From a virus (lineage: Duplodnaviria > Caudoviricetes), in the IMG/VR virus record IMGVR_UViG_3300021430_000613, positions 7,767 to 71,766 of that record: 64,000 nucleotides of DNA. The stretch is one strand, 5' to 3'. Under the pieces are notes generated by a model that was given only the letters and a program-made list of their open reading frames with translations, made no database searches and was not told where the DNA came from. Positions 46,668-55,428 of the stretch are shown piece by piece; position 1 is the first letter of the stretch; every line of letters starts with the position of its first letter. Made by a program: the position numbers and the translations under genes.

Positions 46668-47465
46668 TTATCTGCGTGGTTTTCTTGGAAAAGAATCAGT
46701 TAGATTAATTAAATATCCAGATTTGTTATCTTTAAACTCAACTGCCCACGATAATTTTTCACTGTGGTACCGAGGCATTGATGATTTAATTACCAAAATT
46801 GTAAAAGGTAGATCTGATAGATCGTAGTCTTTTACATGTAAAGGTTCTTTATTATATGGAGTGTATATATCTGATCCTCCTGTTGTTTCGTTAAATTGGA
46901 TCTTAACTAATCCTTTTGTTAATTGTATATGTCTTTTACTTGCCAGAGTATGATTCTGCAACATTTGCAATGGTGCTCGTAATGTTTCAGTTTTTTGTCC
47001 AGCTAGCACGATACCTGCTTGATTATACACATAATTAAATGTTTCACTTACAATGTTTCGTCGAATAACATTATGAATGTTGCCTGGGATGGTTCCAATT
47101 TGCATTACTCCAATTGTTTTACTATCAAGACGAGGTGATCCATCGCTGTTGTATAGTACACCACTATATGATTTAAAATGATCGGGCCATTCATTAACTT
47201 GTGTTTTTGTTAATGTTTCTGGATCAGTAGCAAACTGGGCACATGTTTCGAGTAATTTAATATCTCGATCTTTGATTGCAAGAATGTCCTGAGGAAATGC
47301 TTTTGTTCTAGCATTAAAATGATAAACAACACTGTTATAATATTTGAGCTCTTCTAGCATAAAATATTTTAAATTTCTCTCAGTTTTAAGTGATACGTTA
47401 AGTTCAAAAATTTTCTTATTATATGGTTTCTTTTTACGATTTAATTCAGTCATGTAGTTCTCCAA
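46668..47465 (-). CDS. Hypothetical protein resembling the TnpB/Cas12f WED-REC lobes without RuvC
   Basis: The ORF itself is clear. The fold call rests on L-x9-L-x10-YN spacing and the C-terminal beta-strand pattern only. Confidence 0.4.
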   Translation of the reverse strand: MENYMTELNRKKKPYNKKIFELNVSLKTERNLKYFMLEELKYYNSVVYHFNARTKAFPQDILAIKDRDIKLLETCAQFATDPETLTKTQVNEWPDHFKSYSGVLYNSDGSPRLDSKTIGVMQIGTIPGNIHNVIRRNIVSETFNYVYNQAGIVLAGQKTETLRAPLQMLQNHTLASKRHIQLTKGLVKIQFNETTGGSDIYTPYNKEPLHVKDYDLSDLPFTILVIKSSMPRYHSEKLSWAVEFKDNKSGYLINLTDSFPRKPRR

Positions 47466-47544
47466 TTATAGAAATTGTATTAATGTAATAATAATATATT
47501 AAAAAGCATTTTGCACTTGTTCAATAGATTACATAAATATTTTT

Positions 47545-48003
47545 ATGGACACAGGTCATTGGCAATGTAAGTTTCAGTTTAATCCAATTGATTGGTTTGG
47601 ATTCATTTATAGAATCACAGAAATTGATACTGGACGAGAATATATCGGTAAAAAACAATTTACCAACTTGAAACGTAAGAAGATTAAAGGACGAAAAAAC
47701 AGAAAACATATTAGAAGTGATTCTAATTGGATGGAATATACTGGCAGCTCAAATGAACTTAATGAAGCTATTGAAAAGAATGGAAAAGATAAGTATCAAT
47801 TTGAAATTATATCTTTACATAAAACAAAAGGCTCATTGGCATACGCAGAAGTACGTCGTCAAATTTTAGAAAATGTTTTATGTAAAAGATTAGATGACGG
47901 CATAACTAGAAAATACTATAACAAATATATTAATGCCGTTAAATTTCTTCCACCAAACGAAACACTTGAGGAAAGCCAACATCGCAGTTACGATGATATT
48001 TGA
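47545..48003 (+). CDS. GIY-YIG endonuclease (Seg-like)
   Basis: FGFIYRITEIDTGREYIGKKQF, W.EYTGS, E..Q; CATAAATA at 47532-47539. Confidence 0.85.
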   Translation: MDTGHWQCKFQFNPIDWFGFIYRITEIDTGREYIGKKQFTNLKRKKIKGRKNRKHIRSDSNWMEYTGSSNELNEAIEKNGKDKYQFEIISLHKTKGSLAYAEVRRQILENVLCKRLDDGITRKYYNKYINAVKFLPPNETLEESQHRSYDDI

Positions 48004-49766
48004 TAGTCCTGATTAAAAGATGTAAAGCCGTTTTCTTTAGTTACAAGCAGTACATTATGTACTCTTGTTATTAGCTCCTCTCTGTGACTGATAATAAAAA
48101 TGTTTTTTCCGCGATCTCTGTCCATTTTCTTTAATACTTGTACAGATCCTTCGAGCCCTTGTGGATCCATACCGCTATCAAGTAGTTCATCGACAAATAC
48201 AAGATTAATATTATGATTTATATTTTCAAATATATCTCTGAATGCCCAGCTAAGACCAAGTATCAATCTGGTTCGTTCACCTCTTGAAAGATTATCAAAG
48301 TCTAAATCTTGCCCTAATAGGGTAATCTCAACTGATAGGTCATTTAAGAATTTAATCTGATGAGGTAGTCCTAGTTTTTCAAGATATTCGTTTAATCTGC
48401 TATTAAGATATGCTAGATTTTGATCAATAATCTTTTTTCTGATAAAGCTATCTTTGTTTGTTAATAGTTTCAACAAGAATTCTTGATGTTCCTTGTCTTT
48501 GGCAAGGGTATTAAGTGTATCATATGAAATTTCTTGTATGCTATCACTTATGCTGTTTTTTTGATCAACATATGGATTTGTTGATTCTTGTTCTTTTTCT
48601 AAATCTTTTTTTAATTGATCTAATGTATTTCGATGATTCAACGCTTGTTCAAGTATAGTGTACACAGTGCTCGATAATGGTACAGTTTCTAAAGATACAT
48701 TTAATGATTTTATATCTTCTAGCAATTTATCAATTTCAGCTTTCTCTTGAGATATTTGGCTATCTAAGTTGAGTATTTTTGATTCAAGATCTTGCTTAAT
48801 ATTGTCATGTTTATCATCATGCAGGTCTTGTCCGCAGGTCGGACATGAATGATTTTTAGCACTTTCATAACTAGATAGAGTTGTATTAAACTGAGATGTT
48901 ATTAAATTTAAATGCCTACGTTTAGAACTAACATCTCTTTCAAGTTGATTCTTTGCTTGTGCTAGTTCTTTATGTATCTCATTGTTTTTGTGGAACTGTA
49001 TTTCTTTTTCAATTTCAAGATTATTTAATTGAGATATAGCTGCATTAATATCGGTTAAATTTTGTGTATGGTTTGATTCCCATGCAGTTAGCTTCTTAAC
49101 AATGTCGTTAAGGGTATTTTGAATTCTTTCATTGCTTTGTTTAACAGTTTTAATCTGAAACTCTTCTTGATCCATTGAAACTTTTGTATTTTTGATTTTT
49201 TCTTTTAAGCTCTCTGCTTTTTGACTAAGCAATGTAATTCCTAAAAGTTCTTCAATGATCTCTCGCTGCTTGGCAGCACCTAGACTTAAAAACGGTTCAG
49301 TATATGTATTAAGAGCAATAATATGTTTAAACATAGTATGACTCATTCCAAGAAGTTCATTAATTTCTTTTTGTGTGTCTTTGTTTTCGCCCTGTGCTTC
49401 ATCGGTCTCTTCGTCAGATATATTTTTGTTATCAACAATATATCTAAAGAAATTTGGCTTACGACCTCTCTCAATTCTATACTGATGCCCATTAACTTCA
49501 AACTCGATGCTAACAAACATGTTCTTACCGTTGATTTTGTTTACTAGGTTTTCTTTTTTAATATTGGTAAGGCTTTGACCATATAGTCCATAGGAAATTG
49601 CTTGCAGTAAGCTAGTTTTACCTGTTCCGTTTCTACTACCATTGCCACCTAGATCAAGATTCTCTCCTAGTACTAGGTTTATTCCTGATTTACTAAGATT
49701 TATCGTTTGAGTAACATTTCCTATACTTAGGAAATTTTTCATAGTAACATTTTTAATAGTTATCAT
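47988..49766 (-). CDS. gp46: Recombination endonuclease ATPase subunit (gp46, Rad50/SbcC-like)
   Basis: MKNFLSIG, NGTGKTS Walker A, CPTC zinc hook, LSRGE signature, VFVDELLD, IISHR. Confidence 0.96.
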   Translation of the reverse strand: MITIKNVTMKNFLSIGNVTQTINLSKSGINLVLGENLDLGGNGSRNGTGKTSLLQAISYGLYGQSLTNIKKENLVNKINGKNMFVSIEFEVNGHQYRIERGRKPNFFRYIVDNKNISDEETDEAQGENKDTQKEINELLGMSHTMFKHIIALNTYTEPFLSLGAAKQREIIEELLGITLLSQKAESLKEKIKNTKVSMDQEEFQIKTVKQSNERIQNTLNDIVKKLTAWESNHTQNLTDINAAISQLNNLEIEKEIQFHKNNEIHKELAQAKNQLERDVSSKRRHLNLITSQFNTTLSSYESAKNHSCPTCGQDLHDDKHDNIKQDLESKILNLDSQISQEKAEIDKLLEDIKSLNVSLETVPLSSTVYTILEQALNHRNTLDQLKKDLEKEQESTNPYVDQKNSISDSIQEISYDTLNTLAKDKEHQEFLLKLLTNKDSFIRKKIIDQNLAYLNSRLNEYLEKLGLPHQIKFLNDLSVEITLLGQDLDFDNLSRGERTRLILGLSWAFRDIFENINHNINLVFVDELLDSGMDPQGLEGSVQVLKKMDRDRGKNIFIISHREELITRVHNVLLVTKENGFTSFNQDYQISS

Positions 49767-49769
49767 TGA

Positions 49770-50789
49770 TTAAATCTCCTGATACAACTGTATAAGACGA
49801 TTTTTATCAATAGTATTGCTGTCAATTGTTTCTAGGTGCTTAATAACAATTGAATCAACACTTTCAAAAGAAATTTCTACATTTCCATTGAATTCAATAT
49901 CTTCGGCTCTCTGCGTAACCATTTGTATTTCTCTAGCATTAAGTTCATTTTCTAATAATCCTCTAATGAAATTAATATCTTCATAGGTTGCAGGCACATC
50001 AATTGTTATTTTAGCAAATGTTTTGTTGTCGATGTGGGTAAAAGGATCTGCAAGAACTTGGCTTAGAGTTAGAGTTCTGTACTTTGGTGAATCAGGCCAT
50101 GATAAGAATGCAGGATCTTTATCTTTTTCCCAAATCATAATTCCACGTTCGTCATCCCACGTGTCGCTGTAGTTATGAGGAAAACAATTTCCTATATACC
50201 AGATTTTACCTTTATTTTGACGTTTGTGAAAATGACCAGAAAACACTTGTTTTTGATGTTTAAAATGTTCTTTGTTAAGTGTTCCGTGATCTGGCATCTC
50301 TACCATTGCATTCATTTTAAATGACGGTAGTTCAAAATGACCAAACATATATTCTTCTTTTACATTAGCGATTTTTTTCCATTCGTCAGAAATTAGCCAA
50401 GGGATCAATGCAACATTATCTACTTTTATTATTCTGTCAATTGCTGTGATATTTTCAAATTGATTAATATAAGGAAGACTATGAATTTGATATTTGTCTC
50501 TATAAAATAAATCGTGATTGCCTATTATAAAGTAAACATTATCAAAATAGTCATTAAGTAATTTAAGACCGTTAACTGAATAATTCAGTGTGGAGATATT
50601 AATAGCAGAACGTATGTGATGCCAATCACCAAGAAATATACAGGTCTTAATGTTCTGTATTTTAGCTTGTTCAATCATCCATTTTATAAAGTTTATACAA
50701 TCTTCATTATGCTCACGACTGTTATTTTTAAGTCCTAGATGTATATCTGTAAAACATACTAGTTTAGAAAGATCGGGTTTTTTTGCCAT
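49770..50789 (-). CDS. gp47: Recombination endonuclease nuclease subunit (gp47, Mre11/SbcD-like)
   Basis: FTDIHLG, FLGDWHH, IGNHD, FGHFE, FSGHFH. Confidence 0.96.
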   Translation of the reverse strand: MAKKPDLSKLVCFTDIHLGLKNNSREHNEDCINFIKWMIEQAKIQNIKTCIFLGDWHHIRSAINISTLNYSVNGLKLLNDYFDNVYFIIGNHDLFYRDKYQIHSLPYINQFENITAIDRIIKVDNVALIPWLISDEWKKIANVKEEYMFGHFELPSFKMNAMVEMPDHGTLNKEHFKHQKQVFSGHFHKRQNKGKIWYIGNCFPHNYSDTWDDERGIMIWEKDKDPAFLSWPDSPKYRTLTLSQVLADPFTHIDNKTFAKITIDVPATYEDINFIRGLLENELNAREIQMVTQRAEDIEFNGNVEISFESVDSIVIKHLETIDSNTIDKNRLIQLYQEI

Positions 50790-50851
50790 AAGAACATCTC
50801 TATAAGTTGTACTATATACAATACCAAATAACGTTGCGGATAAGCAAATAT

Positions 50852-51730
50852 CTAATTCTTTTTAGAAGTTTTATCTTTTACTTTTTTAGCAAAAGGGTTC
50901 CTTTTCTTTTCAACTGCAGGAGGTTTATAGTTTTCATTATTTGATAATTCGTGTTCTACTAACCTAGTATAGCTTGGAGTTGCACCATGCATTATAAGTA
51001 TGTCATCCCTAATGTTTTGATTCTTTTTTTCAATATTTAGAATACGCATAAATGAGTTTGTAATAACTTGTGTTAAGTAAGAAAATGGATTTGGCGTTTC
51101 ACTACGACTTTCGTCAAATTGCAATCCTACTTGACTTAACTGTAGAAGTGCCTGACATTTCATTTCTTCAAGATATGTATAATTTCTCCAGTTACCTCTA
51201 TGTCCGTATCTGTCAACTAATTTCATAAACATAAGTGCTAGACTATTAGTCATTTTACCATGATCTTTACAAAAATTACCATTTGACAAACCGTCTTTCC
51301 AGTGACTTTTTAACACACATTCTAATTTACCTTTTTTTAAAATAAAATGTTGGAACGGGGGAAAATTTACTCGAATATGCTTTTCAGCTTCTGTTTTGCC
51401 AGTTTCAAATTTTTCTTCATTGATAGGTATATGATCGTAAGTCATTACTCTTATAACAATACTTTCAACTGGAACGTCAGCTAAAACAGGTGGTTTTGGT
51501 TTTTTACTATCACCGTACAGCTTTTTATGCTGTAATTTTAATTCAGCAAGTTTCTTTTTTCTTGCTTCGTTGATTTTTTTTTGAGTTATTTTTTTAATAT
51601 TTGGAACAATAAAATTGTAAGTTGTATATTTTTCGTCAAGATATGCGCAATAAGTATTTTTACTTTTGTGTATCTCTTTTAACAATTCTTTGTTTGTAAG
51701 ATATTTAACTTTAGTAGGTGCTGTTCCCAT
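50852..51730 (-). CDS. gp55: Late-transcription sigma factor (gp55-like)
   Basis: RYGHRGNWRNYTYLEEM..QALLQL......FDES...NPFSYLTQVI.NSF.R...IEKK...IRD; T4-like position next to gp47. Confidence 0.88.
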   Translation of the reverse strand: MGTAPTKVKYLTNKELLKEIHKSKNTYCAYLDEKYTTYNFIVPNIKKITQKKINEARKKKLAELKLQHKKLYGDSKKPKPPVLADVPVESIVIRVMTYDHIPINEEKFETGKTEAEKHIRVNFPPFQHFILKKGKLECVLKSHWKDGLSNGNFCKDHGKMTNSLALMFMKLVDRYGHRGNWRNYTYLEEMKCQALLQLSQVGLQFDESRSETPNPFSYLTQVITNSFMRILNIEKKNQNIRDDILIMHGATPSYTRLVEHELSNNENYKPPAVEKKRNPFAKKVKDKTSKKN

Positions 51731-51807
51731 TTTATTCCTTTAAAGACAGTAAATTATAAAGAAAAAGAATCAATTTAGTCAAAACTAAATTAATCGTAAA
51801 AATAGCT

Positions 51808-51832
51808 GATAAATATTGTAACTATATTTATA
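51808..51832. promoter_or_regulatory. Face-to-face late promoters between gp55 and the baseplate operon
   Basis: GATAAATA on plus (51808-51815) and TATAAATA on minus (51825-51832). Confidence 0.6.
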
Positions 51833-51845
51833 GAAAGTTACTCCT

Positions 51846-52670
51846 GTGGTTGATACAAATTTTATACCAATTATCAATAACCCGTTGAACAATGTTGCTC
51901 CAACTCCTTATAATCAAACTGATCTTAACCCAGGTACTGTGGAGACTCAGCAACAAGTTGCAACAGATACTACAAATACCAGTGATGCAGCTGGTAGACG
52001 TGTTAGATTAAGTCCAAAACCTGGTGGATCTAATCGAGTATATGGTGATAGCGAATTATTACATCCAGTTAAAAATACCAACGGTATAGTTTGGCCCTAC
52101 CAACCTGTAATTAGCTATCAAGGCGAAGTTGATTATAAATCAATGGAAATGACACATTCAATACAGGACATGTATGCGTATCATAGGACTCAATCGGTTA
52201 AACTAACAGTCGACGGTGAGTTTTCTGTTCAGAATCAAAAAGAAGGTCTCTATGCGTTATCTTGCATACATTTTTTACGCACTGTAACTAAAATGCATTT
52301 TGGCGAAACTGACCCTAATAAAGGTACACCGCCGCCAGTTTTAAATTTTCATGCATATGGCAGTTATATGTTTAATGCATTGCCTGTAATCGTAAATCAA
52401 TTTTCTATTACGTTGCCAAAAGATATAGATTATCTACCTGTAGATGTGTCTACTACACTGCTAAGTGATTTCCGACCAAATAATTATCAATGGGTAAAGT
52501 TAACACAAAATTATCTTAATGAATCCAACAGTAGTAACTACGTATGGTTACCAGCTGTGTTTAATATTACTGTTTCATTAATTGTTCAACAATCCCCAAC
52601 AAAATTAAGATCATTTAATCTAGAGAAATTTAGATCTGGTAGCCTGGTTAAAAGTGGGGGTTGGATATGA
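51846..52670 (+). CDS. Baseplate tail-tube cap protein (gp48/gp54-like)
   Basis: GIVWPYQP.I, FLRTVTKMHFG, G.PPPVL.F.AYG.YMF..LPVIV..F...LP.DIDY. Confidence 0.78.
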   Translation: MVDTNFIPIINNPLNNVAPTPYNQTDLNPGTVETQQQVATDTTNTSDAAGRRVRLSPKPGGSNRVYGDSELLHPVKNTNGIVWPYQPVISYQGEVDYKSMEMTHSIQDMYAYHRTQSVKLTVDGEFSVQNQKEGLYALSCIHFLRTVTKMHFGETDPNKGTPPPVLNFHAYGSYMFNALPVIVNQFSITLPKDIDYLPVDVSTTLLSDFRPNNYQWVKLTQNYLNESNSSNYVWLPAVFNITVSLIVQQSPTKLRSFNLEKFRSGSLVKSGGWI

Positions 52671-52981
52671 GTTCTACTTATCAAAATAATAGTTTATATG
52701 CAGCTACGCCTCAGGTTACATTTTTAGTAAATTACTTAGATATATGGAATTTACCGATAGTTCCGTCGTCTATAAATGATGAAAAAATTATATTAGCAAC
52801 CAAATATCAACAACGACCTGATATTTTAAGCTACGATCTATATAACACTCATAACTATTGGTGGGTTTTTATGATTCGTAATCCAGATGTTATTAAAGAT
52901 CCAATTTGGGATTTTAAATCTGGAATTGAAATATATATTCCATCAAAAAATAACTTGCCTAGGAGCACTCAAATATCATGA
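52667..52981 (+). CDS. gp53: Baseplate wedge protein (gp53-like, LysM-type)
   Basis: RPDILSYDLY.....WWVF..RNPD.IKDP..DF..G..IYIP. Confidence 0.85.
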   Translation: MSSTYQNNSLYAATPQVTFLVNYLDIWNLPIVPSSINDEKIILATKYQQRPDILSYDLYNTHNYWWVFMIRNPDVIKDPIWDFKSGIEIYIPSKNNLPRSTQIS

Positions 52982-55410
52982 GCGATATACGGTCGATATC
53001 TATACCTTCAAATCCGTTACCCGATCCGTACACAACATACGATCAAATAGTGATTACACCTAATATATTAAATGATCCTAATATAGATGAAACACTGAAG
53101 ACTCAAGCCCAACGAATTGAAGAAAGATTAAAAAATCCCAATTTATCTAGAATACCAATTAATCAACTACGAACAAACATAGAAATGTCGTTAAAGGCTA
53201 GAGGTATTACATTAGCACACAAACCAAATTTACTTGATGAATATCCAACTAGCTCTTACAAATTAAAATTTTGTGTAGTTTCTGATCGTGTAGCTGATAT
53301 GATAACAACGCATGAACAGTGGGATCAAACTCCTAAAGAAGTTATAGCAGAAAGCGGAGTAACTGTTGGATTTAATATTCGTAGTTTTGAGATAGAAAAT
53401 CTATGCGGACCAAGTTATAGAATTGGCTTGGCACTACAAACGAATTGGAAAATGACATTAGCAGAACCATATGGATTAAGTTTTATTGATAGATTATATA
53501 CTTTGACTAAAAGTATGGGAATTTCTAATCACATAAAATGCAAATATTTTATGGAATTAAAGTTTACCGGTGAACAGGAAGATGGCGCAATAGCCGATAT
53601 CTCTTCTAGGCAGTTATATAGATTAATAATCACTGACATAACAGCTACTAGTAACGAGGGCGGAACTACTTATGAACTTGAAGGGTTGTTTGACAATTCT
53701 GGCCCGTCTGCTAATCAAATATCAATGCCAACTGGCCAAGTCAAAATTGAAAATGTATCTACCATGGGAGAATTTTTTGACAAATTAGCAACTACATTAA
53801 ATGAACACAATAAAAATTTAGATTATAATGTAAACGGCCGAAGAATCGAGTATTTTTTCAAAATGCCAGAATCGTGGAGAAATTGGAAACTTATTAGAAC
53901 GAGCCGAGATCCAGCTCGAAGTACAGGGTTTGATGTCGAATATAATGACACTGCAACTATATCTTTTAATAGAACATCTATTAGTGAAATTTTAGTCTCA
54001 GTTATGAGTATAACAGAAGAAGGAATTAGATTTGTTCTTGGACAAACAGGTACAACGCAAAATGGTCAAAGCAGGTCACAAGCGCAAGGTATTAATCTAG
54101 CTCCAATTATTGATGCTACTCTCGATTTTGTTGCGTATGACACTTACACTAAAACATATTCAATGCGTGTAACATATTATTTTTCAGAATACCCAACAAC
54201 ACAAGGCTATTCTACACCCGAATCAATTGCGTATTCTCAGCAGGAAAATGTTCAAGCACAACGACTTCAGTCTATGATACAAGAAGGTAGGGTAAACAAA
54301 ATCTATAATTTTATATTCACAGGTCTTAATACAGATATTATAAATTTTGAACTATCGTTAAGTAATTATTGGGCAGCATTACAGCCGAAGAATCTAGGTG
54401 AAAACACCATAGCTAATTTTAGCTTGCCTCCGCAGGTTGGAAATCAAAGTGTTGCGATAGACATTAATAATGAATATAGAAAAGCTAGACAGAATAGAGA
54501 AAACGCTCGAGTAAAATTAGATGAATTAGTTAATAGAGCAAAAAATGATAAGAGTGCAGAATTGCAGAAATTAATAAATGATGCTAATGCTGCATTAACA
54601 ACAGCTACAGCAACATTTAGATTATTTCAAAACTTTGACAGAACTACATTTGAAATTCAATTCCCAACTCAGAGTGCAGGACAACAAGCAGAGTCTGGCA
54701 TTATAATAAACAATCGTAATGTATTAAATAACAAAGATATAAGAGAACAAGTGTTAACTGCTGCAATTTATGATAAAATACGTAAGCAGACTGCAAATAA
54801 AGACAGATACTTAGAAGATGTTGTACCAACATCTCCGGTTTCAACTCCGTTGCCTATATCTTCGTATACTACTAACGCTCCTTTAATACAAAATGTAAGT
54901 ATGGGTGCAGAAGCACGTACAGATGAATCAATAGGACCAAACGGTGAAAGAAAACCTCGTTCGAGAGGACTGTTAGCAACAACACTAGACAATGTTGTTG
55001 CAGGCGATTTTTTAAATATTAATTTAGAAATTAGAGGCGACCCTTACTGGCTTGGGATAGATAATGTTATTAGTTCTGGATTAAAAAGAGTATTGAAACC
55101 AGCCCCTCCTAAGCTACGTTCTGTAAGTGCAGCGTTTGGTAATGGAGAAATTGGATTTGTGTTGTTTTTTGTAACAGGTGATGAACCAAATTCTGAAACT
55201 GGATATGTTGATTTTGCTAAAACAAGTTGGGCGTTTAATGGATTGTATGTTGCACGTGAAGTACGGTCTACATTTAGAGAAGGTAAATTTACTCAAGTAA
55301 TCACTGCAGCAAAAGATGCAGCTATGTTTTCAGTTTTCAATGATTTAGCACCAATTAATCAACCACCTCCACCGGTTACCAGCGACGAAGTTCGACGAAC
55401 TACTAGATAA
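52978..55410 (+). CDS. Baseplate hub protein (gp27-like)
   Basis: 810 aa between gp53 and gp5; C-terminal LEIRGDPYWL and FNGLY....V.S.F..G.FTQ. Confidence 0.72.
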   Translation: MSDIRSISIPSNPLPDPYTTYDQIVITPNILNDPNIDETLKTQAQRIEERLKNPNLSRIPINQLRTNIEMSLKARGITLAHKPNLLDEYPTSSYKLKFCVVSDRVADMITTHEQWDQTPKEVIAESGVTVGFNIRSFEIENLCGPSYRIGLALQTNWKMTLAEPYGLSFIDRLYTLTKSMGISNHIKCKYFMELKFTGEQEDGAIADISSRQLYRLIITDITATSNEGGTTYELEGLFDNSGPSANQISMPTGQVKIENVSTMGEFFDKLATTLNEHNKNLDYNVNGRRIEYFFKMPESWRNWKLIRTSRDPARSTGFDVEYNDTATISFNRTSISEILVSVMSITEEGIRFVLGQTGTTQNGQSRSQAQGINLAPIIDATLDFVAYDTYTKTYSMRVTYYFSEYPTTQGYSTPESIAYSQQENVQAQRLQSMIQEGRVNKIYNFIFTGLNTDIINFELSLSNYWAALQPKNLGENTIANFSLPPQVGNQSVAIDINNEYRKARQNRENARVKLDELVNRAKNDKSAELQKLINDANAALTTATATFRLFQNFDRTTFEIQFPTQSAGQQAESGIIINNRNVLNNKDIREQVLTAAIYDKIRKQTANKDRYLEDVVPTSPVSTPLPISSYTTNAPLIQNVSMGAEARTDESIGPNGERKPRSRGLLATTLDNVVAGDFLNINLEIRGDPYWLGIDNVISSGLKRVLKPAPPKLRSVSAAFGNGEIGFVLFFVTGDEPNSETGYVDFAKTSWAFNGLYVAREVRSTFREGKFTQVITAAKDAAMFSVFNDLAPINQPPPPVTSDEVRRTTR

Positions 55411-55428
55411 TACAATAAAGGTTAGATA

